In this document: piece by piece, positions 1 through 9,704 of the stretch | How the letters are laid out: every line of letters starts with the position of its first letter | Numbering within the stretch: position 1 is the stretch's first letter | Assembly: GCA_041940205.1 (NCBI GenBank) | Contig: JBGTSP010000003.1 | Span: 1 to 56,208, forward strand | Source of the DNA: Alphaproteobacteria bacterium | GTDB taxonomy: Bacteria > Pseudomonadota > Alphaproteobacteria > GCA-2731375 | Reading direction: 5' to 3' | Length of the DNA stretch: 56,208 nt | Notes under the pieces: generated by a model | Told to the model about the DNA's origin: nothing | The model's input: the letters and a program-made list of their open reading frames with translations, nothing else | Databases searched by the model: none | Made by a program: the position numbers and the translations under genes

Positions 1-1193
1 GTCGACTTGCCGGCGCCGGAGGGGCCGATCAGGGCGACGGTTTCGCCCTTGCGGATCTCCAGATCGAGCGACGCGAACACTTCGGCGCCGTTGGCGTGCC
101 GGAAGCCCACCTTGTCGAAACGGATGCTCTCGGCGAGACCCGGGAACGGCGCCCCGTCGTCCAGCGCCTCCAGGTCGGCCCGGCTTTTCAGGCGTTCGCG
201 GACCAGGCCGAGGGAGGGCATGGTGGAGATGATCTTGGTGCGCAGGCTGACGAGATAGGTGATGTAGGTGATCAGCCGCTGGGCGACGAGTGCGAAGAAA
301 CCCAGGATCGGAATGATCTCGGCCGGGCTCATCTCGATATAGAGCGCGGTGACGAGCAAGGTGGTCGAGACCACGGCGAGAACGAACAGTTCGGTGAGGT
401 GGTAGGGCAGCTCGGCGAACATGATGAACAGGGTCTCGGCCCTGGTGTAGTGCCGCAGGTCCTCGGCCACGCCGGCAAGCCGGTGTTCGCTCAGGTCGAA
501 GATCTTGACCTGCCGGACGGTCGCGATGGACTCCGCGACATTGTCCGAGATCGACTGCGACAGCGAAAGCCGCAGTTCGCCGAACCGGCCGGCATAGGCG
601 TCCGTCAGCCGGCGGATCAGGAAGACCACCGCGGCGCCGGCGACAAGCACGAACACCGTCGCCTGGAAATGGGTGAACAGCAGCAGCACGGTGAGCGCGC
701 TGGCGATCATCGCCCGGTTCGCGAAATCGAGAATCTGCGTGATCGCCCGGGCCGCGACGTTGGTCTCCTGCAATACGTTCTGCATCACCACGCCCTGGGC
801 CTCGTCGGTGGTGCGGGCGTATTTCTGGTCGAGGAAGCGGCGCAGCAGCAGCACCGTCCAGCGCTGCCGCAGACGCAGGGCGAAATGGTAGGACATGCCG
901 CGGGCCGAGACCTGCAGCGCGGTCTTCAGGGCGAAGGCGCAGAGCAGCAGGATCAGGATCGTCGACAGCGCCAGCCCCGCGGTGATGTCGCCGATCAGCG
1001 GCAGCGGCGGGGTCGTTTGCTCCGGATCGATCAGGGCTGTAAGCAGGGGCAGAACCATCGCCAGCCCGAAGGTCTCGGCGACCGCGGAACACAGCATGAC
1101 GACCAGTACCAGCAGACCACGCCGGCGATGCCCTTCCAGCATGCGCCACAGGGCGCCGAGGCGATCGGTCATCCCGGTGGAGGAGTGCGCCAT
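1..1193 (-). CDS. ABC transporter permease/ATP-binding protein (MsbA/PglK-like glycan exporter), runs off the window edge
   Basis: Absent from the ORF track. Manual minus-strand translation from ATG 1193 gives MAHSSTGMTDRLGALWRMLEGHRRRGLLVLVVMLCSAVAETFGLAMVLPLL, several TM segments, then FDKVGFRH...LEIRKGETVALIGPSGAGKST (Walker A) at the edge. Confidence 0.85.
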   Translation of the reverse strand, partial: MAHSSTGMTDRLGALWRMLEGHRRRGLLVLVVMLCSAVAETFGLAMVLPLLTALIDPEQTTPPLPLIGDITAGLALSTILILLLCAFALKTALQVSARGMSYHFALRLRQRWTVLLLRRFLDQKYARTTDEAQGVVMQNVLQETNVAARAITQILDFANRAMIASALTVLLLFTHFQATVFVLVAGAAVVFLIRRLTDAYAGRFGELRLSLSQSISDNVAESIATVRQVKIFDLSEHRLAGVAEDLRHYTRAETLFIMFAELPYHLTELFVLAVVSTTLLVTALYIEMSPAEIIPILGFFALVAQRLITYITYLVSLRTKIISTMPSLGLVRERLKSRADLEALDDGAPFPGLAESIRFDKVGFRHANGAEVFASLDLEIRKGETVALIGPSGAGKS

Positions 1194-1229
1194 GCCGGCC
1201 TATGCCTCCCGCGTCGGCGCGACGGCGCC

Positions 1230-1904
1230 ATGAGGGCGTGGCGCGATCCGTCCTGGTACGTCTCCCGCGTCCTGATTGTCGGCCGCCTGATCGTGCAGGC
1301 GTTCGCCGACCTGTACGGCCGGGCACGGCTGTCGCGCGTCGGCGCCATGCGTCTGTTCGACGGTCGGCCCGCCGCCGCCAAGCCGCCCGTGCCCGCCGAC
1401 CTGTGGTTCATGTACGCGACGATACGCGCCCGCCGCCCCAGGGTCGTGCTGGAATTCGGCAGCGGCTGTTCCACCTACATCTATGCCCAGGCGCTGGCGG
1501 ACAATGCCGCCGAAGGCCATCCGGGCTACCTCTATTCCCTCGACGCCGATCCCCACTGGGGTCAGGTGACCATCGATGCGATGCCCGAGCACCTGCGCGC
1601 GCATTGCGAGGTGCGGATCTGCGAGGCCGTCGCCAGCGAGCACGAAGGCACGCCGGTCTGGCGCTATGCCGACATTCCCGACGTCGTCCCCGATTTCATC
1701 TATCTGGACGGCCCGGCCCTGGACAGGGTGCGGCGCGCCTCGGTCGACGTGCTCGATCTCGAACCCCGGCTGGCGCCGGGCTGCACCGTTCTCGTCGACG
1801 GCCGGATGTTCAACTGCGCCTATCTGGAAAAGCATTTCACGCGATCCTGGTCACGCCGGCGCGATATCGTCCTGCGCAACACGGTTTACGAACTCGCCGA
1901 CTGA
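1230..1904 (+). CDS. Class I SAM-dependent methyltransferase (Methyltransf_24-like)
   Basis: 3' part of ORF 96..1904. Motifs VVLEFGSGCST, YSLDAD, PDFIYLDGP and VLVDG. ATG at 1230. Confidence 0.75.
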   Translation: MRAWRDPSWYVSRVLIVGRLIVQAFADLYGRARLSRVGAMRLFDGRPAAAKPPVPADLWFMYATIRARRPRVVLEFGSGCSTYIYAQALADNAAEGHPGYLYSLDADPHWGQVTIDAMPEHLRAHCEVRICEAVASEHEGTPVWRYADIPDVVPDFIYLDGPALDRVRRASVDVLDLEPRLAPGCTVLVDGRMFNCAYLEKHFTRSWSRRRDIVLRNTVYELAD

Positions 1905-2611
1905 GCGGCGCGGTCGAGCAGCCACTCGGCCAGCTCCAGCTCGAACGGCTCGTCGATATTGACCAGAGGCCGCTCGATCACCAGCGCCGCGCAGTCCTCT
2001 TCGATGATGTGGCCGTCGTCCACCAGGGTGGCGCGCCGGAGCGCGTAGCAGACGCCGTTGCGGTGATAATAATCCGGAATGCTCTGGCGCAGCGCGTGCC
2101 GCGCGCCCGTCGCCAGGTAGAATCCGATGCGCCCGTCGCCATCGCGGGTCAGGGTCTTGTGCGGCGTGAAATGCGCCGGTGTTGGCGAGACCGTGGCGGC
2201 CGCCCGGGCGCCGCTGTCGAGCAGCAGGTCGACGGTGGCCGTCACATCTTCCGGACGGCGCAGCGGACTGGTCGGTTCCAGCAGCACCGAAAGATCGAAG
2301 CGCCGGCCGTAATGCGCCTCGGCGGCCAGCCAGGCATGCCGCCACATCTCCGCCGAACCCGCGCGGTCGCCGGCCAGCTCGTCGGGACGCAGGAAGGGAA
2401 AATCGAGGCCGGCGTCACGGGCCGCCTCGCCGATCTCCCGATCGTCGGTGGAGATCAGCGCGGCGTCGAGCCAGGGCAGCGCGGCGGCGACGTCGCCGGC
2501 CCGGGCGACAAGGCTGCGGCCGCCGACAGTGCACAGATTCTTCCGCGGGATCGACTTCGAGCCGCCCCGCGCCGGCACCACGGCCAGCACCGTGTGGTCG
2601 CGATAGGCCAT
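1886..2611 (-). CDS. neuA: Acylneuraminate cytidylyltransferase (CMP-nonulosonate synthetase)
   Basis: PARGGSKSIPRKN, STDD, LEPTSPLR, NG..Y and NIDEPFE motifs. Confidence 0.92.
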   Translation of the reverse strand: MAYRDHTVLAVVPARGGSKSIPRKNLCTVGGRSLVARAGDVAAALPWLDAALISTDDREIGEAARDAGLDFPFLRPDELAGDRAGSAEMWRHAWLAAEAHYGRRFDLSVLLEPTSPLRRPEDVTATVDLLLDSGARAAATVSPTPAHFTPHKTLTRDGDGRIGFYLATGARHALRQSIPDYYHRNGVCYALRRATLVDDGHIIEEDCAALVIERPLVNIDEPFELELAEWLLDRAAQSASS

Positions 2612-3607
2612 TCAGCGAAGTTCCACCTCGCATCCGCCGGCACTGCTTTGGCGCGCCGCCTCGATCATCCGCATCACCTGCAGGCCCTCCTCGAGACTGC
2701 AGGCGGGCGGCCGCTCCGGCCTTTCCAGCAGGGCCAGGAAATCGCGCGCGACGGCCACGAACATGTCGTTGCGCGCGCAGTCGAAGCCGATCTCCTGCCA
2801 GGTTCCCTCGGCGTCCCCGGCGATGGCGATGCGGTTGGGATTTTCCGTCCACAGCAGCGTGCCGGTCTCCCCGACGAAACGGATTTCCTTGCGGTGCGGC
2901 CGGCCGTAGAGATCGAGATGCAGCTGCACCCGGCGTCCGTCCTCGAAACACGCGAGCAGGTCGACATTGTCGTCGGCGCTGATCGGTAGGGCGCTGATCT
3001 TCTCGACCCGGCCGCTGATCGTGCGCGGCATGCCGAGCAGCCAGAGCATCTGGTCGAGCCAGTGGCTTTCGTCCAGCAGGGCGCCGCCGCCAAGCTCGGC
3101 ATGGGCCATGAAGAAGTCCTCGAGCGGCTCCCAGGGATGCCAGTCCTCGAGATGGGCCGACATCACGAAACTGGCGGAGAGCACCCGGCCGATCCGTCCG
3201 GCCGCCAGTTCCGCGCGCACCCGTTGCAACGGCGGCCACCAGCGCCACGTGTAGCCCAGCAATACCGGCCGCTGGCATCGCTCAGCGCCCCGGGCCAGTC
3301 GGCGGGCGCTTTCCAGGTCCATCGCCACCGGCTTCTCGAGCAGCAGCGGCAGGCCCGCCTCGAGACAGGCAAGGCCCTGTTCGACATGGAAGCGGGTGGG
3401 CGAACAGATCGCCGCGCCGTCCCAGCCGCCGGCGTCCAGCGCCTCCGGCAGGCCGGCGAACACCGGCGAGGCGAAGCGTTCGGCGAAGGCCGCGCGCCGG
3501 TCCTCCCGCGGGTCCACGGCACCGGTTTGCGCCCCCAGTTCCTTCAGGTTGTCGGCGTGGCGGGCGCCGACGCTGCCGGCGCCGACGATCAGGATCCTCG
3601 GGCTCAT
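2612..3607 (-). CDS. Gfo/Idh/MocA family NAD(P)-dependent oxidoreductase
   Basis: C-terminal part of ORF 2612..5206. IVGAGSVGARH, LLEKPVA and GGGALLDESH motifs. ATG 3607 overlaps the upstream stop. Confidence 0.9.
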   Translation of the reverse strand: MSPRILIVGAGSVGARHADNLKELGAQTGAVDPREDRRAAFAERFASPVFAGLPEALDAGGWDGAAICSPTRFHVEQGLACLEAGLPLLLEKPVAMDLESARRLARGAERCQRPVLLGYTWRWWPPLQRVRAELAAGRIGRVLSASFVMSAHLEDWHPWEPLEDFFMAHAELGGGALLDESHWLDQMLWLLGMPRTISGRVEKISALPISADDNVDLLACFEDGRRVQLHLDLYGRPHRKEIRFVGETGTLLWTENPNRIAIAGDAEGTWQEIGFDCARNDMFVAVARDFLALLERPERPPACSLEEGLQVMRMIEAARQSSAGGCEVELR

Positions 3608-5124
3608 CTGAGGTCGCGCACCATGTCCTGGTAGGCCTGCGGATCGCAGTCGGCCTGCACGAACAGCGGGCCGCGCTGGCCCAGCGCGGCGGCAAGCCCG
3701 TCGGTATCGTCGACCCGCGCAGTGGCGAAGCCCATGGCGTCGAACAGCGCCCTCCACGGCCGGTCCGGGGTCAGCAGCGGCTGCTGCGTCAGACCGGTGG
3801 CGATCGCCCGCGTGCGCACCGAGCCGTAGCCGCCGTCCGAAAACAGCACGATGACGAGCGGCAGGTCGAGACGGGCGGCGAGCTGCGCCTCGGCCAGGTA
3901 GGGCCCGAGGCCGCCGTCGCCGACCGCCAGCACGGTGGGCACCGCGGGATCGGCCAGCGCCGCGGCCAGCGCCTGCGGCAGGCCCATGCCCATGAACCGG
4001 CCCGAGCCCGAGCTCAGGCAGTGTTCGGCCCGGCGCGCGCGCCAGACATGCTCGCCGATGGTGCAGAAATAGCCGGTGTCGATGACCAGCCTGACATCCG
4101 GCCCCAGGATCTCGTCGATCCGGCGGAAGGCATGCGCCGGCAGGAAGCCGGGGGCGAACAGCCGGTCGCGCATCTTCCCGCGGGTCCGTTCGACAAGGTC
4201 CAGACCCCAGTCGCGCGCCTCGAGCAGCTCGAACACGCCCTCGGGTCCGACCGTGTCGGCGAACCCGAAACCCTCGTGGCCCGCGGCCTCGATGGAATCG
4301 ACGTTGATCGCGGGGCAGCCGAACGGGGCGGCGCGCAGCACCTCGCCGGCGCGCAGTCCGAGACCGACCACCAGATCGGCGGCCGCCAGGATCGTGCCCT
4401 CGGGCGCCAGTTCGAGGCCGACGCCGGTATAGACACCGGCGGCCTGCGGCAGGGTCTCGTCGACGACGCCCTTGGCGGTCGCGGTGGAAAAGACGGGAAC
4501 GCGCAGCGCGTTCAGCCGCGCCGACCAGCCCTCGCGCAGGGCCAGGCTGCCGGCGATGACCACGGGCTGGCGGGCGTTCTCCAGGTTCGTGGCGATCTTG
4601 CGGTTGGGCACCGCGCGCCAGGCCGCCGGCGGCTCGCGGCGGTCGTTGTCGCCGATCAGTTCCAGGACCACGGGACCGGGCTCCTCGCAGCGCGCCCAGT
4701 CCGCCATCCGCCGGTAGTCCGGTCCGGCGCTGCCCAGGGCGCGCCGGCCCTTGGCGACGGCGGCGGTGAAACCGCCGTGATCGAGCCGCTTGTGCGCCCG
4801 CGCCGCCGGCTGCCCGGGACCATAGGCCTCGACCGCCGCGATCACCGGCAGGGCTTCCAGGCGGCAGGCCGCGAGCCCGGCGGCGAGATTGGCGAAACCC
4901 GGGCCCTTGATGGCGACCGCCAGGCCCGGCGGGTCGCCCAGCCGGCCCAGCGTGCCGGCCATGATCGCCGCCGCACCCTCGTGCTGGGTGGTCACGAAGG
5001 TTGTGCCATGGCCTTCCAGGGCGTCGATCAGCTCGAGGCTCTGGCCGCTGCCGGGCACGCCGAAGGCATGGCGCAGGCCGGCCGCGGCGGCGTCTTCGGC
5101 GAAGCGCCGGGTGGGATCGCTCAT
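3604..5124 (-). CDS. Thiamine pyrophosphate-binding enzyme (acetolactate synthase-like superfamily)
   Basis: FGVPGSG, HEGAAAIMAG (catalytic Glu), GPGFAN, MGMGLP and VGDGG...VLFSDGGYG. ATG 5124. Confidence 0.88.
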   Translation of the reverse strand: MSDPTRRFAEDAAAAGLRHAFGVPGSGQSLELIDALEGHGTTFVTTQHEGAAAIMAGTLGRLGDPPGLAVAIKGPGFANLAAGLAACRLEALPVIAAVEAYGPGQPAARAHKRLDHGGFTAAVAKGRRALGSAGPDYRRMADWARCEEPGPVVLELIGDNDRREPPAAWRAVPNRKIATNLENARQPVVIAGSLALREGWSARLNALRVPVFSTATAKGVVDETLPQAAGVYTGVGLELAPEGTILAAADLVVGLGLRAGEVLRAAPFGCPAINVDSIEAAGHEGFGFADTVGPEGVFELLEARDWGLDLVERTRGKMRDRLFAPGFLPAHAFRRIDEILGPDVRLVIDTGYFCTIGEHVWRARRAEHCLSSGSGRFMGMGLPQALAAALADPAVPTVLAVGDGGLGPYLAEAQLAARLDLPLVIVLFSDGGYGSVRTRAIATGLTQQPLLTPDRPWRALFDAMGFATARVDDTDGLAAALGQRGPLFVQADCDPQAYQDMVRDLR

Positions 5125-6089
5125 GGCGGTGTCTCTCCTGCCGGCGCCAGGTCCAGGTGGCGCGCGATCTTCTCCGCCGCGCGGCGGCAGACCACGCGCA
5201 CCGCATCCGGCGAGAATCCCCCGCAATGCGGCGTGATGATCAGGTTGTCGTGGCGGCGGGCATAGGCCAGCAGCGGATGGGTCGCGATCTCCGGTTCGCC
5301 GTCCAGGACATCGAGCCCGGCCGCGCCGATGCGACCGGATTCGAGGCCGGCGAGCAGGGCCGCCTCGTCGATCACCGCGCCGCGCGAGGTGTTGATGACG
5401 ATCGCGCCGGGTTTCGCGCGGGCCAGCAGATCCGCGCTCAGCAGGCCGCGCGTCTCGTCGGAGAGATGCACATGCACCGAGATCACGTCGGCCTGGGCGA
5501 CAAGGTCCTCGGGCGCGCAGCGCTCGATATTCGCGGGCCAGTCCGCGAGATGGGGGTCGTGGCCCAGCACCCGCATGCCGAAGGCGCGGGCGTAGCCGGC
5601 CATCCACTGGCCGATGCGGCCGCAGCCGAACAGGCCGAGGCAGCGTCCGTTGAGCATCAGGCCGGGGAAGTTCTCCCGCGTCCAGCCGCCGTCGCGGACA
5701 TGCGCCGCCGCCGCCGGCAGCCGCCGGGCGCAGGCCAGCACCAGGGCCCAGCTCAGCTCCGCGGCGGGCGTGATGTTGCGCAGCAGCTCGGGATCCTCGC
5801 GCAGGGTGTGCAGCGCGACCCCGGCCGCCTCGAGACCGTCGCGCGCGATGTGATCGGAACCCGTTGTCGCCGTCGAGATGACCTTGAGGCGCGGCGCGGC
5901 GCGCAGCATCGCGTGATCCAGCCGCACCTTCATCGAGGCATCCAGCAGGGCGTCGGCGCCGCCCAGCGCGGTGGCCAGCGCCGCCGGCTCGGCCTCGACA
6001 TGACGGCAGTCGGCGACCCCGCCCAGCAGCGCCTCGAGCGCCTCGAAACCCTCGGGCGCGCCGACATAGAGAATGACCGGCCCGGCCAT
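5121..6089 (-). CDS. D-isomer-specific 2-hydroxyacid dehydrogenase (SerA-like)
   Basis: GLFGCGRIG, INTSRGAVIDE, GLDVLDGEP and TPHCGG motifs. Confidence 0.9.
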   Translation of the reverse strand: MAGPVILYVGAPEGFEALEALLGGVADCRHVEAEPAALATALGGADALLDASMKVRLDHAMLRAAPRLKVISTATTGSDHIARDGLEAAGVALHTLREDPELLRNITPAAELSWALVLACARRLPAAAAHVRDGGWTRENFPGLMLNGRCLGLFGCGRIGQWMAGYARAFGMRVLGHDPHLADWPANIERCAPEDLVAQADVISVHVHLSDETRGLLSADLLARAKPGAIVINTSRGAVIDEAALLAGLESGRIGAAGLDVLDGEPEIATHPLLAYARRHDNLIITPHCGGFSPDAVRVVCRRAAEKIARHLDLAPAGETPP

Positions 6090-7261
6090 CAGTAATGCAG
6101 CCGTTTCTGGATGGTGAAGGTGGCCTCGGCCAGGTGCCCGGCGATCCGCTCGCCGGCCCGGCCGTCGCCGAACATCATCGAGCGGGGGTAGCGCCCGTGC
6201 GCGATCTGTTCGCGGATCGTCCGCTCGATCGCGACGGCATCATGGCCGGCATGGCGCACGTTGGGACCGTGCTCGCGACCCTGCTGGCGGGTGCCGATAT
6301 TGACCACGGGCGTGCCCATCCAGGCGCCCTCGCGCAAGCCGGAGGAGGAATTGCCGACGACGCAGGCCGCATTGTTGATCAGCCGCGCATAATCCAGCGG
6401 TGGGAAGTTGCGGTAGAAGTGCAGCCGGCCGTCGCCCTGCTGCTCGCGATGCATGCGCAGCCCCTTGGAGACGTCGTCCGAGCCCGCGTCCACGTTCGGC
6501 CACAGCCAGGCGACCTGCATGTCGAGGGCGACCACCGCCTTCAGGGTCTCGCGGATCTGTTCGAACCCGCGGCCGTATTCGGTGGTGACCGGGTGCTGCA
6601 GGACCACGAGATAGGGCGCGTGCGGATCGATCTCGGCGCCGACCCCGAGATTGGCCGTGAACAGGTCGTCCGGCAGGCCGAGATCGGCATCGGCGATCAG
6701 GTCGATCGAGGGGCAGCCGGTCATGTGCACGCTGGCCGGGTCCTCGCCCATCTTGCGCAGGATTTCCGCCGCGCCCTCGGTGGCGGGGAAATGGATGTGC
6801 GCCAGCTTGGTGATGGCGTGCCGCACGCTCTCGTCGATCGAACCGGTGACCTCGCCGCCCTGGGTGTGGGCCAGCGGGATGTTCATGTAGCTCGCCGCCA
6901 CCGCCGTCGCCATGGTCTCGAAACGATCGGCCACGGTCAGCACCACGTCGGGCTTCAGGTTCTCGAACTGCGAGGCGAGATCCATGATCGCCATGCCCGT
7001 CGACTTCGCCATGGTCGTCGGGTTCTCGCCCTCGACGATGGAATAGATGTTGGCGGACGGCTCGAAGCCGTCCTGGCGGATCAGGTCGACGACCTTGCCG
7101 AAGCGGTAGAGCAGCGCGGAGGCGCCGACGATCAGCTGCAGCTCGAGGTCGGGATGGTCCTTGACGGCCTGCAACACGGACTTGATGCGCCCGTAGTTCG
7201 CCCGGTTGTTGACGACGATGCAGACCCGACGCGGCCGGCCGGCCGGCGGTGCGGCGCTCAC
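6089..7261 (-). CDS. neuC: UDP-N-acetylglucosamine 2-epimerase (hydrolysing)
   Basis: RANYG, ADRFE, HTQGGEVTGSIDESVRHAITKLAH, QHPVTTE, GNSSSG and NIGTRQ. GTG 7261 overlaps the neuB stop. Confidence 0.92.
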   Translation of the reverse strand: MSAAPPAGRPRRVCIVVNNRANYGRIKSVLQAVKDHPDLELQLIVGASALLYRFGKVVDLIRQDGFEPSANIYSIVEGENPTTMAKSTGMAIMDLASQFENLKPDVVLTVADRFETMATAVAASYMNIPLAHTQGGEVTGSIDESVRHAITKLAHIHFPATEGAAEILRKMGEDPASVHMTGCPSIDLIADADLGLPDDLFTANLGVGAEIDPHAPYLVVLQHPVTTEYGRGFEQIRETLKAVVALDMQVAWLWPNVDAGSDDVSKGLRMHREQQGDGRLHFYRNFPPLDYARLINNAACVVGNSSSGLREGAWMGTPVVNIGTRQQGREHGPNVRHAGHDAVAIERTIREQIAHGRYPRSMMFGDGRAGERIAGHLAEATFTIQKRLHY

Positions 7262-8304
7262 AGCAGGTCCTCCTCGCGCAGCAGCCGGTCGGCGGCGACG
7301 TCGCGCGCCAGGGTGCGGCCGATGAACTCCTCGCGCCGCCCGGCGGCGATGCCGGTTCCCGGCTTCTTGGCCGTCAGCATGTCCGCGGTCAGCACGGTGC
7401 CCCGGGCGAGATCGCGGCTCGGCGCCAGGCTCTTGGTGAACAGGCCGCGCATCGTCTCCAGTTCGTCGGCCAGCGCATCCTTGTCGACCGGGTGGCGGCG
7501 CATCACCGCGTGCGCGTCGCGGGCATCGGCCAGCAGGCGAAATTCGTCGAAGGTCAGCGATGCCGGCGTGTCGGGTCCGAACATCCGCTTGTCGAAGGTG
7601 ACATGCGCCTCGATCATGTCCGCACCCTGCATCAGCGCCGCGACCGCCGGCCAGGGACTGCCCGAATGATCGGACAGGCCGACCGGACAGTCGTGCGCAT
7701 CGCGCAGCGCGGGCAGCACATTCAGGCCGACCTGCTCCAGCGGGGTGGGATATTTCGAGGTGCACTGGAACAGCGCCACCGGCGCGCCGAGCGCGCGGAT
7801 GCGCGCCACGCCGTCGGCGATTTCGCTGTACCGGCTCATGCCCGTCGACAGCAGCACCGGCTTGCCGGTGGCGGTCATCGCGGCCAGCAGGTCCTCGGAG
7901 CGGAATTCCCCGGAACCGACCTTCCAGGCCGGCACGTCCAGCCGCTCCAGCAGTTCGACGGCGGCGACGGAAAAGGCGGAAGACAGGAAATCCACGCCCT
8001 TCTCGCGGGCATGGGCGGCGAGCCCGGCCCAGTGCTCGGGCGTGAACTGCATGCGCTGCCAGTATTCGTAGCGGGTCGAATCCTGTCGCGAGAAGCGAAC
8101 CCGGAACTCCTCGTCGCGGGTGCTTTCGGCGGCGGCGATGTGGGTCTGGAACTTGATCGCGTCGGCCCCGGCCTCCGCGGCGGCGTCGATGAAGGCGTGC
8201 GCGGTGCCCAGCGAACCGTCATGCGCCTGGCCGACCTCGGCGATCAGATAGCAGGGCGCGCCGCCGCCAAGCGTGCGGTCCGCCAGGGGAATCGTGGCGC
8301 TCAT
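7258..8304 (-). CDS. neuB: N-acetylneuraminate synthase family protein with C-terminal SAF domain
   Basis: IAEVGQAHDG, ADAIKFQTH, KVGSGE, LSTGMS, CTSKYP, GLSDHS and KKPGTGI. ATG 8304. Confidence 0.93.
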   Translation of the reverse strand: MSATIPLADRTLGGGAPCYLIAEVGQAHDGSLGTAHAFIDAAAEAGADAIKFQTHIAAAESTRDEEFRVRFSRQDSTRYEYWQRMQFTPEHWAGLAAHAREKGVDFLSSAFSVAAVELLERLDVPAWKVGSGEFRSEDLLAAMTATGKPVLLSTGMSRYSEIADGVARIRALGAPVALFQCTSKYPTPLEQVGLNVLPALRDAHDCPVGLSDHSGSPWPAVAALMQGADMIEAHVTFDKRMFGPDTPASLTFDEFRLLADARDAHAVMRRHPVDKDALADELETMRGLFTKSLAPSRDLARGTVLTADMLTAKKPGTGIAAGRREEFIGRTLARDVAADRLLREEDLL

Positions 8305-9704
8305 GCCGCCGGCCCTTCCGGTCCGCCGCTCTCGCCCAGGTCCCAGAAAATGCCGGTCATGATCTGCAGGCCTTCGCGGGCGATCGGCGCCAGCAGGTGC
8401 TCGTTGGGGGCGTGCTGCGAACAGGCGGCGTAGGAATGCGGCACCCAGACCGTCGGCACGCCGATGATCTCGGCGAACACGTCGTTGGGCAGCGAGCCGC
8501 CGAGGTTGGGCACGATCATCGGCGGCCGCCCGAGGGTCCGTTCGATTGCCGCGCGGGTCCACTGAACCCAGGGATGGTCGGGCAGCAGCCGGGTTGCCCG
8601 CATCAGCACGTCCGCTTCATCCCGCGCCACCGCGACCTCCGGGAACCCGTGGCCTTCGAGATGGCTGCGGATCGCCGGCAGGAACGTGGCGGGATCACGG
8701 TCGACGGTGAAGCGGATCTGGCACCAGGCGGTGGCCCGGGGCGGGATCGCGTTCACCACCTTCTCGGGATCGCCGGCCTTGAAGGCCAGCACTTCCAGCG
8801 TATTCCAGGCGAACACCCGTTCCTCGGGCGTCAGGCCGGGCTCGCCCCAGTCGGGCTCGATCGCCGGCGCGTCCGGGCCGCCGTCCACCCGGCAGCCCGC
8901 CAGCGCCATGCGCACGCTGTTGGGGATTGCCTCGGGCTTCAGCTCGGGCACCAGGATCTGGCCTTTCGGGCCGACGAGGCAGGCGATGGCGTTGGCCAGA
9001 CGGGTGCCCGCGTTGGCGATCAGCCCGCCCCAGTTGCCCGAGTGGTGACCGCCTTCGCGCAGGTCGATCGAGAGTGTGAAGTTGAGGGCGCCGCGGGTGC
9101 CCATGAACAGGGTGGGCGCGTCGGGCGTCAGCCGTGGGCCGTCCGAGGCGATCAGCACGTCCGCGGCGAGTTCCTCGCGATGCGCCTCGCAGAAGGCGGC
9201 GAGGCCGGCGGAACCGGTTTCCTCGGAGGTCTCGATCAGGATCGTGGAATTGAAGCCCAGCCGGCCCCGGGTCGAAAGCACCATGTCGAGCGCGGCCAGG
9301 TTGATGCTGTGCTGGCCCTTGTTGTCGGCCGTGCCCCGGCCGTACCAGCGCTCGCCCTCGCGGTTCAGGGTCCAGGGGTCGCGGTCCTGCGCCCAGCGTC
9401 CCTCCTGTCCGCGCACGGTGTCGCCGTGGCCGTAGGTCAGGACCGTCGGCAATGCCGGATCCTCGATCCGCCGGCCGATCAGCAGCGGCCCCTGATCGGG
9501 CTCGGGATTGTCGTGGATGGCGACCGAATAGCCCCGGGCTTCGAGCCAGGGTCCGATCTCCTCCCCGAGGTAGCGCTGCAGCGCCGGCCGGAAGGCGCTC
9601 TCCTGGCTGGTCGAGGGAATGGCGATGCGCCGCGCCAGGTCCTCGAAATACCCGTCCTCGTCGAAATACCGGGCCGCGGCGGCAAGGGCGTCGCTTCGGC
9701 TCAT
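8301..9704 (-). CDS. M20 family metallopeptidase/amidohydrolase
   Basis: YGHGD, GRGTADNKG, EETGS, HSGNWGG and QHAPNE motifs. Confidence 0.9.
   Translation of the reverse strand: MSRSDALAAAARYFDEDGYFEDLARRIAIPSTSQESAFRPALQRYLGEEIGPWLEARGYSVAIHDNPEPDQGPLLIGRRIEDPALPTVLTYGHGDTVRGQEGRWAQDRDPWTLNREGERWYGRGTADNKGQHSINLAALDMVLSTRGRLGFNSTILIETSEETGSAGLAAFCEAHREELAADVLIASDGPRLTPDAPTLFMGTRGALNFTLSIDLREGGHHSGNWGGLIANAGTRLANAIACLVGPKGQILVPELKPEAIPNSVRMALAGCRVDGGPDAPAIEPDWGEPGLTPEERVFAWNTLEVLAFKAGDPEKVVNAIPPRATAWCQIRFTVDRDPATFLPAIRSHLEGHGFPEVAVARDEADVLMRATRLLPDHPWVQWTRAAIERTLGRPPMIVPNLGGSLPNDVFAEIIGVPTVWVPHSYAACSQHAPNEHLLAPIAREGLQIMTGIFWDLGESGGPEGPAA

Noticed and set aside
96-1229. N-terminal 378 aa of ORF 96..1904
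   Set aside because: Antisense shadow of the minus-strand ABC transporter; only the part from 1230 looks like a protein.
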